From Candidatus Latescibacterota bacterium (lineage in GTDB: Bacteria; Latescibacterota; UBA2968; GCA-2709665), in the NCBI GenBank assembly GCA_965219455.1, contig OZ244744.1, positions 4,000,001-4,064,000 on the forward strand: DNA of 64,000 nt. Reading direction: 5' to 3'. This document shows, in pieces, positions 57,768-64,000 of the stretch; the first letter of the stretch is position 1; every line of letters begins with the position of its first letter. The notes under the pieces were generated by a model. The model made no database searches. It saw only the letters and a program-made list of their open reading frames with translations, and had not been told where the DNA came from. The position numbers were made by a program, and so were the translations under genes.

Positions 57768-58757
57768 ATGGGCAGGGCGTTTAGTGTGTACGGCATCGGC
57801 AATGCGCTGGTGGATATTCAGTTTAGGGTAACGCCCGATTTTCTCGCGACGGCCGGTGTTGAGAAGGGCGTGATGACGTTGATCGGAGAGGACCGGCATC
57901 ACGAACTCCTTGAACGTCTGGGCGATGACGTTTTGAAGCGTTCATCCGGCGGGTCGGCTGCGAATACCATGATCGGCGTGGCAAATCTGGGGGGAAAGGC
58001 ATATTATGCCTGTAAGGTGGCGAAGGATACGTACGGGGATTTTTATCTGCGGGATCTGGCGGCGGCTGGAGTGGCTTCCAACCGGTTTCAGGGCGAGGGA
58101 ATTACAGGCAAGTGCCTTGTCATGATCACGACCGACGCCGATCGCACGATGAATACGTACCTGGGCATAACCGGAACCTTCGGCGCGGAACAACTCGAGC
58201 CTGAGGTGATCGGGCAGAGCGACTATCTATATGTCGAAGGGTATCTGGTGGCGTCCGATGAGGGGTTCGACGCGGCGCAGGCTGCCCAGGCCAACGCACG
58301 CGAGCGGGGAACCCGGGTGTCGCTGTCGCTGAGCGACCCGCTCATTGTGGCCGCGTTCGGGGAACGGATGCGGACGCTGGTGGCCGGCGGGGTAGATATA
58401 CTGTTCTGCAATGAAGACGAAGCGCGGGCATTTACAGGAGCAGATGAAACCGATGATGCCTGCTGCGTTCTGGAAACAATGGTGGGCGGGTACGCGGTCA
58501 CCTGCGGGGCCGATGGCGCCATTGTGTGGGACGGAGGCGAACGGTTCCGCTCGCAGGGATTCAGCGTAGACGCGGTGGATACCAACGGCGCGGGGGATAT
58601 GTTCGCTGGGGCCTATTTGTTCGGAATCACCCATGGTTTCGACGCGTCCCGATCGGCAAAACTGGCGAATTACGCGTCGATGCGCGTGGTGGCGCAGTAC
58701 GGCCCGAGGCTGGAAGTGTCTCTCAGGGAGGAGATTGAGCAGATTCTGGTAATATAG
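57768..58757 (+). CDS. PfkB-family adenosine/inosine kinase
   Basis: GNALVD, GGSAANT, DTNGAGD.FAG. Confidence 0.88.
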   Translation: MGRAFSVYGIGNALVDIQFRVTPDFLATAGVEKGVMTLIGEDRHHELLERLGDDVLKRSSGGSAANTMIGVANLGGKAYYACKVAKDTYGDFYLRDLAAAGVASNRFQGEGITGKCLVMITTDADRTMNTYLGITGTFGAEQLEPEVIGQSDYLYVEGYLVASDEGFDAAQAAQANARERGTRVSLSLSDPLIVAAFGERMRTLVAGGVDILFCNEDEARAFTGADETDDACCVLETMVGGYAVTCGADGAIVWDGGERFRSQGFSVDAVDTNGAGDMFAGAYLFGITHGFDASRSAKLANYASMRVVAQYGPRLEVSLREEIEQILVI

Positions 58758-58846
58758 ACGCGTGGGTCGTCCCGCGCGTCCAAGAGTTTCCTGCCCTGTC
58801 GATAAGAGCGGAGACTGTGAGAAGACCGCCTCGCCGGGGCTGTTTT

Positions 58847-60118
58847 CTATGGGCGCGCTTCCCGTGCCACGGAAGCGTTGCGAAAACCGCTGATAGCAAG
58901 CGTGATCACAATCACGCAAAGGACGGCGGTGGCGCACGTTAGCCCAACGGCGAATGGCGCGCCGAAGCGTTCCGCCAGCGCGCCCGCGCTCAGGCGGCCC
59001 GGGGGACCCGTGCCGATGGCGAGCACGATGCCGCCCATGGCGCGGCTGCGCATATCGTCCTGGGCGGAGAGCAGTACGATGGTACTCTGAAGAAGACCGA
59101 AGGCCGCGTGGCCGATGCCTGACAGGATGAGAAGGCCAAAGGAAAGATAGAAGTCGGCGGACATTGAAAATACAACCACGGCGGCGGCCATCAGAAACGA
59201 GCCGGCCGCGTAGAGCCAGCTTATACTGACATAGCGGCGGAGCCTGCTCACAATCCAGAGGCCGGCGAACGCGCCGACTCCGTTGGCGGAAGCCAGCACG
59301 CCGAAGCCGACAGGGCCCTGATCCAGGATATCCCGTGCAAACACCGGCAACAGGGTCTGGTAGGGAAAGACCAGGAAGTTCATTGTAATGGTAATGAGCG
59401 TAACACCCAGAATCACCGGATTGCGGCGGATATAGCGCAGCCCTTCCAACATTCGGGTCCAGTGAGATGCGTCCGTCGGCGTTCTTTCGAGAACGGGTTG
59501 TCTGGAGAGCCGCACAAGGATCAGTAGAGAAGCCAGGGCGATCCCGGTCAGAATCAAATAACAGCCAAGGGGTTCCAGGGTTGCGTAAAGGGCGCCGCTG
59601 GAAAAGGGCCCGGCAACCCGGGTGATGTTCTGGAAGATTCCTTCAAGGAGCATGGCGTCCATGGTTCGGGCTTTGCCGACCAGGTCCGGCAGCAACGACC
59701 TCCGGGCGGTCCAATCCGCCGCCCAGGTCGTACCCATGACCAGCGCCCCGACGGCCAGATGCCACACGGCCAGGCGGTCGGCGAGGATAATCAGGGCGAT
59801 CAGAAGGGATACGGCAAGGTTGACGGCCTGGGAGAAGATAATAATCTTCCGGCGGCCGAACCGGTCCGTGAGGGGTCCGGATACAAAGCCGACCAACAGC
59901 AGCGGGGCCATGCGGTAGAAACCGATAAGCGACACCTGCCAGGCCGAGTTGGTCAGTTCCAGGACCAGCCAGCCGGCCACGATGATTTCCATCCACATGA
60001 ACTGCCACCAGAGGGCGTTACTGGTCAGCAACCGGCGATAATCGGGGTTGTTCAGCGGCGCGAGGGCGCCGTGAAATCGGGGTGGGGTTTCGGAGGGTCG
60101 TTCGGATCGCTGGGACAT
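58847..60118 (-). CDS. MFS transporter (MFS_3-like)
   Basis: GPLTDRFGRRK motif A; about 12 TM segments. Confidence 0.85.
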   Translation of the reverse strand: MSQRSERPSETPPRFHGALAPLNNPDYRRLLTSNALWWQFMWMEIIVAGWLVLELTNSAWQVSLIGFYRMAPLLLVGFVSGPLTDRFGRRKIIIFSQAVNLAVSLLIALIILADRLAVWHLAVGALVMGTTWAADWTARRSLLPDLVGKARTMDAMLLEGIFQNITRVAGPFSSGALYATLEPLGCYLILTGIALASLLILVRLSRQPVLERTPTDASHWTRMLEGLRYIRRNPVILGVTLITITMNFLVFPYQTLLPVFARDILDQGPVGFGVLASANGVGAFAGLWIVSRLRRYVSISWLYAAGSFLMAAAVVVFSMSADFYLSFGLLILSGIGHAAFGLLQSTIVLLSAQDDMRSRAMGGIVLAIGTGPPGRLSAGALAERFGAPFAVGLTCATAVLCVIVITLAISGFRNASVAREARP

Positions 60119-60281
60119 GGACGATTCAGCTGACTTCAATGGAACACTTCGGAGCGGACCGGGAATTCAGTGACGAAGTGCGGAAGTATTTTAGGGTTAT
60201 TATATAGTCTGACTCATTCAGTGCGCCGTGAAAAGGCGCGGAATTTAAGTGGGTGCAAGACCCCCGAACACCGTTGCTCCA

Positions 60282-60436
60282 GCCTGCCTGCACGTTGCAC
60301 GCAAGCAGGCAGACCGGCACAATCCTTCAACATCATCCTGACTCTTAGCCGTCGACGTACACTATAATACCTCTCTCCCCGTGCCGGGGAGGGGTCGCCA
60401 TCCGGGGCGAGCTTGTCGAAGTAAGCCTGTCGAAGC
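60282..60436. repeat. Cluster of REP-like subunits
   Basis: GCCTGCCTGC...GCAGGCAG and GAGCTTGTCGAA/GCCTGTCGAAG units, the same subunits nested in 5813-5944 and 6738-6865. Confidence 0.55.
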
Positions 60437-60445
60437 GCGTTTCCG

Positions 60446-61624
60446 CTACCCGCTCGTCCTTCCAAAGTTCCTGGCGAATGTCAGAAAGTCATTGAAATCC
60501 ACGTCGCCGTCCCCGTCGAAATCCCCAATCAGCCCGGTTGACGTGCCAGTGTCCCCAACGGGTGCCGCATCGGAAGACCAGCGGAGATTCCCATCGTTCC
60601 CCAGGGTTTCTGCGACTCCGTTGCGGTTCGCATCGACAAAGGCCCTGAACCTGCCCCCTTCAATACTCAGCACCCCAACGCCCGTCGAATCGGCCCCCAT
60701 GCCGACCACAACCCGCCCGGACGCATTCTTGAACCCGATGATACCGTGTCCGTTCTCATTCGCGCCCATTATTGAAACCGCATCGCCGTTCCGGTTGCCC
60801 GAGATGACCAGGCCGTCTCCGTCCGTGTCGACGGAGAAGCCCGCCGCCGGTCCTGATTTATTCCTGACATCCATCCATCCGTTGGCGTCCTCCGTCTCAT
60901 CCGCGCCAATCGCGGCAACGATTCCGCCGGCTGCATTCGAGATCCGAAGGGCGCCGTTACCATTGTTGTCAATACCGAATCCGGAAACCAGCTTGTCATC
61001 CGTGTTGAACACCGCAATCGCCGCGTCTCCGGCAGCATCAAAGGCGAGCGCGGCCGCCGAACCCGTTGCGCTCCTCGCGTCGATCCATCCATTGGCCTGT
61101 TCTGACGGATCAGCGCCCATGGCGGCCGCGACCTGGCCGGCCGCATTGAGGACTCCCAGGGTCCCATGTCCGTTTCCGTCAACGCCCACAACGGAAACCA
61201 CGGCGCCGTTTCTGTTCCCTATCACCAGCGAACCGTCTCCCGACTCTTCCGACCCGATGGCTGCGACGACCGCCCCGCTTGCATTTACAATGTGAAGCGT
61301 ACCCACACGCAAGGTGTCACCGGCATCGATGATTTGCTCGGGGGCAATCTTGCTCAGCCCATCGTTACCGGCCTCCGGTAACGGGAGGTCGGCCCGGTTC
61401 GGCGAAAGATCGCCGAACCGCACGTCGCCAGGGGTCGTGCCGTGTCGTAGGCTGAGCGAGGCCAGCTTTGCCGGAAGCATCCGGTTAAACCACTTTGATG
61501 CCTGGGTCAAAGCGGGCGACGCGTTGAAAAGGAATACAACGAGCAACCCTGCAATCGCCCGCTTCTGCCAGCGTAACTTATCTTCCAGCGCCTCCAGTTT
61601 TTGTCGTACATCGTCATGAGTCAT
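60446..61624 (-). CDS. Membrane-anchored repeat protein with C-terminal EF-hand/dockerin-like motif
   Basis: N-terminal coiled coil plus TM; about eight 22-24-aa G.L.I.N..G..V..IG.D..G repeats; C-terminal DFDGDGDVDFNDFLTFARNFG. Confidence 0.65.
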   Translation of the reverse strand: MTHDDVRQKLEALEDKLRWQKRAIAGLLVVFLFNASPALTQASKWFNRMLPAKLASLSLRHGTTPGDVRFGDLSPNRADLPLPEAGNDGLSKIAPEQIIDAGDTLRVGTLHIVNASGAVVAAIGSEESGDGSLVIGNRNGAVVSVVGVDGNGHGTLGVLNAAGQVAAAMGADPSEQANGWIDARSATGSAAALAFDAAGDAAIAVFNTDDKLVSGFGIDNNGNGALRISNAAGGIVAAIGADETEDANGWMDVRNKSGPAAGFSVDTDGDGLVISGNRNGDAVSIMGANENGHGIIGFKNASGRVVVGMGADSTGVGVLSIEGGRFRAFVDANRNGVAETLGNDGNLRWSSDAAPVGDTGTSTGLIGDFDGDGDVDFNDFLTFARNFGRTSG

Positions 61625-61687
61625 TTGTTACCTCCGTCACGTGAATAAGTGAACTGGGTGAGACTATCCTGTCGCGTCATGCAAAGA

Positions 61688-62848
61688 CTACGGCCCTTCG
61701 TCCCGCGGATGCCGGAGGTTGCGGTTGGGGAACCGCCGGAAGGGACGTTCGGCGAGCGCGTCTTCGTTCAGGTCGATGCCCAGGCCGGGGGAGGTGGGAA
61801 GCGTGATGTAACCGTCATTGACGACGAACGGATCGACGGCGATTTCATTTCCCGCGGGTTCGAAATTCACGAAGTATTCGGTAATCAGAAAGTTGGGCAT
61901 GCCGGCTGCGGCCTGCATTGTGGCGGCCAGCCCCACCGTGGTGCTGTTGTAGTTGTGGGGCGAGACCGCGATGTGGCAGGGTTCGGCCATGGCCGCGATT
62001 TCACGGAGTTCCAGAATGCCGCCGCAGTTGCAGACGTCCGGGTTGATGATGTCGGCTGCGCGTTGCTCGAAGACGTCGCGGAATTCGGTCTTTGTGTAGA
62101 GTTCCTCGCCGGTGACAACCGGGATGCTGATGTTCCGTTTGGCTTCCGCCAGGCCGCAAAGGTCGCGGGAGGAAACGGGTTCCTCGTACCAGAATGGATC
62201 GAAGGGTTCCATGAGACGCGCGACCCGGATTCCGTGTGCGGGCGAGAGCCTGCGGTGCACTTCGACCAGGATATCCACGTCCGGGCCAACGGCCTGGCGT
62301 ACAGCCCGGACCCGGTCCACGGCGGTTTGCTCGTCCTTTTTGTCAATGATGCTGCGCCAGGGACCCGGAAAAGGGTCGAACTTGAGCGCCGTGAACCCAC
62401 GCGAAACCACCGAGGCGGCCCGTTCGGCAAGTTGCTCCGGACCCTTTCCGGGATCGTACCAGCTTCCCCAGCCATTGGCGTAGACCTTGATCCTGGTCCT
62501 GCAGGCGCCGCCGAGCAGGTTGTAGACGGGTTGGTTCAGAAATTTGCCCACTATATCCCACATGGCCTGTTCTATAGCGCTGATGGCGGCGTAGAGATCC
62601 ATCGCGCCTCTCTTGCTCGCGAAGTCCGTATACGCCACGTACGTGAAGTGCTTGATATCGAACGGAGACCGTCCGATCAGGTAGCGCCCCAGTTCTTCCA
62701 CGTGAACCTGGATGCTCCGATCCCTGTCGTGCTGGGTGTAGGCCTCGCCCCATCCGTGGATGCCTGCGTCGGTTTCCAGTTTGACAAAGAGCCAGTTCTT
62801 CGCGCTGCCCGGATGAACAAGAACGGCTTTTACGCCTTCGATCCGCAT
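61688..62848 (-). CDS. Mandelate racemase/galactonate dehydratase-family protein
   Basis: KVYANGW, KFDPF, EVHRR, EEP, TGEE, SPHN. Confidence 0.88.
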   Translation of the reverse strand: MRIEGVKAVLVHPGSAKNWLFVKLETDAGIHGWGEAYTQHDRDRSIQVHVEELGRYLIGRSPFDIKHFTYVAYTDFASKRGAMDLYAAISAIEQAMWDIVGKFLNQPVYNLLGGACRTRIKVYANGWGSWYDPGKGPEQLAERAASVVSRGFTALKFDPFPGPWRSIIDKKDEQTAVDRVRAVRQAVGPDVDILVEVHRRLSPAHGIRVARLMEPFDPFWYEEPVSSRDLCGLAEAKRNISIPVVTGEELYTKTEFRDVFEQRAADIINPDVCNCGGILELREIAAMAEPCHIAVSPHNYNSTTVGLAATMQAAAGMPNFLITEYFVNFEPAGNEIAVDPFVVNDGYITLPTSPGLGIDLNEDALAERPFRRFPNRNLRHPRDEGP

Positions 62849-62897
62849 TCGGTGAATTCTCCTGACGCCGTACGAAATACCCAATCGCGTTACCCGC

Positions 62898-63665
62898 CTA
62901 AATCATCAGATCTCCGCCGTTGATGTCCAGCGACGCGCCGGTAATGTAGGCTGCCTGGTCGGAGGCGAGGAAGGCCACCAGGTCGGCCACTTCCTCGGGT
63001 CTGCCCAGGCGGGGGATGGGAAAGCTCCTGGCATAGGCGCGCGTACGATCTTCGTCGATGGTACCGCGAACCATCTCGGTATCGATCAGGCCGGGACACA
63101 CGGCATTTACGGTTATGTTGTAGGGCGCGACCTCCCTGGCAAGGTGGCGGGTGAATCCCAGTACGCCGGCCTTGGCGGCGGTGTAATGTGCGCCGCCCAC
63201 GGTACTGATGTTCTTGCCGGCAGTGGATGAGAAATTGACGATGCGGCCCCAGCCAGCTTCCCGCATATGGGGGAGGACAGCCTTCGAGCAGAGAAAGGCG
63301 CCTTTGAGATTGACGTCGATCACTCGATCCCATTCGTCTTCGTCGATGTCGATGACGCTGGTGGGAAAGAGGATGCCGGCGTTGTTGACCAGGATGTGGA
63401 CGGCGCCAAAGGTATCCGCCGTCCAGTCGACCATGGCCTGAACCCCGGGGGCATCGGTGACATCGGCCTGAAAGTGAAAAGCCCTGGTGAACGACGAACT
63501 CAGCTCTTCGGCTGTACCTTCAGCGTTGGACTCGTCAAGGTCGTTAACGACGAGGCGGGCACCGTGTCCCGCCAGGGTCCGGGCAACCGCCCGGCCGATG
63601 CCCTGCCCCGCACCGGTCACGATGGCGATGCGGTCCCGGAGGGGTTGCTGTTGGGCCATTTCCAT
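62898..63665 (-). CDS. SDR-family oxidoreductase
   Basis: TGAGQGIG, NNAG, YTAAK. Confidence 0.92.
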   Translation of the reverse strand: MEMAQQQPLRDRIAIVTGAGQGIGRAVARTLAGHGARLVVNDLDESNAEGTAEELSSSFTRAFHFQADVTDAPGVQAMVDWTADTFGAVHILVNNAGILFPTSVIDIDEDEWDRVIDVNLKGAFLCSKAVLPHMREAGWGRIVNFSSTAGKNISTVGGAHYTAAKAGVLGFTRHLAREVAPYNITVNAVCPGLIDTEMVRGTIDEDRTRAYARSFPIPRLGRPEEVADLVAFLASDQAAYITGASLDINGGDLMI

Positions 63666-63749
63666 TTGCGCGTCCTCTTAATAATTAATCGCGGGCGGCC
63701 GCGTGAGCGCCCGCACCGGCTTCCGTTGTCGGATCGAGCGTGAAGGTCA

Positions 63750-64000
63750 TTATTGTACGACGCCGAGGCCTTTGCCGACTTCTACAAAGGTGTCGATGGC
63801 GCGGTCCAGCTGATTTCGGGTGTGGGCCGCGGAAATCTGAACGCGGATGCGGGCCTCGCCCCTGGGGACCACCGGATAGCTGAATCCGACGACGAAGATG
63901 CCGCGCTGATTCATGGCTTGGGCCATTCGCACGGTCTGCTGTTCGTCGCCGAGCATAATGGGCACAATAGGGTGGATGCCCTCGGGGATGAGGAAGCCGC
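63750..64000 (-). CDS. kbl: Glycine C-acetyltransferase, C-terminal part (truncated by window edge)
   Basis: HPIVPIMLGD...GIFVVGFSYPVVPRGEARIRVQISAAH. Confidence 0.85.
   Translation of the reverse strand, partial: GFLIPEGIHPIVPIMLGDEQQTVRMAQAMNQRGIFVVGFSYPVVPRGEARIRVQISAAHTRNQLDRAIDTFVEVGKGLGVVQ

Overview
High-GC bacterial chromosomal window. Secreted proteins with a C-terminal DFDxDGxVxFxDF (EF-hand/dockerin-like) tail, two sulfatases, PhyH dioxygenases and many GTAG/GTCGAA-type REPs suggest a Latescibacterota/Gemmatimonadota-like organism (inference only). Layout: (1) 0.1-5.7 kb, xerC followed by three envelope/secreted-protein genes. (2) About 5.8-21.4 kb, a visibly lower-GC, almost entirely plus-strand defence/toxin-antitoxin island. 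It holds hicBA between nested repeats, a split nucleotidyl-cyclase-like gene, a single-chain restriction-modification enzyme, a RelE/HTH addiction module whose antitoxin recurs 3 times plus a fragment, a PIN protein, a DUF5678/retropepsin pair cut by a complete IS1380, a decayed NDT-like gene, an Abi-alpha-like gene, DUF433 and a 509-aa nuclease-like protein. (3) 21.6-64 kb, mostly catabolic and housekeeping genes (amtB, TorF-like porin, sulfatases, dipeptidases, mmsA, pdxJ, kbl). Embedded in this last part are a tandem-rhodanese sulfurtransferase whose catalytic Cys codon is TGA (probable selenoprotein), tRNA-Pro(UGG) followed by a DUF3800-like remnant with a convergent small-RNA candidate, an RtcR-like sigma-54 activator next to a thermonuclease, and a HAD/enolase/GH3/P450 mini biosynthetic cluster. 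All family calls come from motif recognition by eye; no searches were run.
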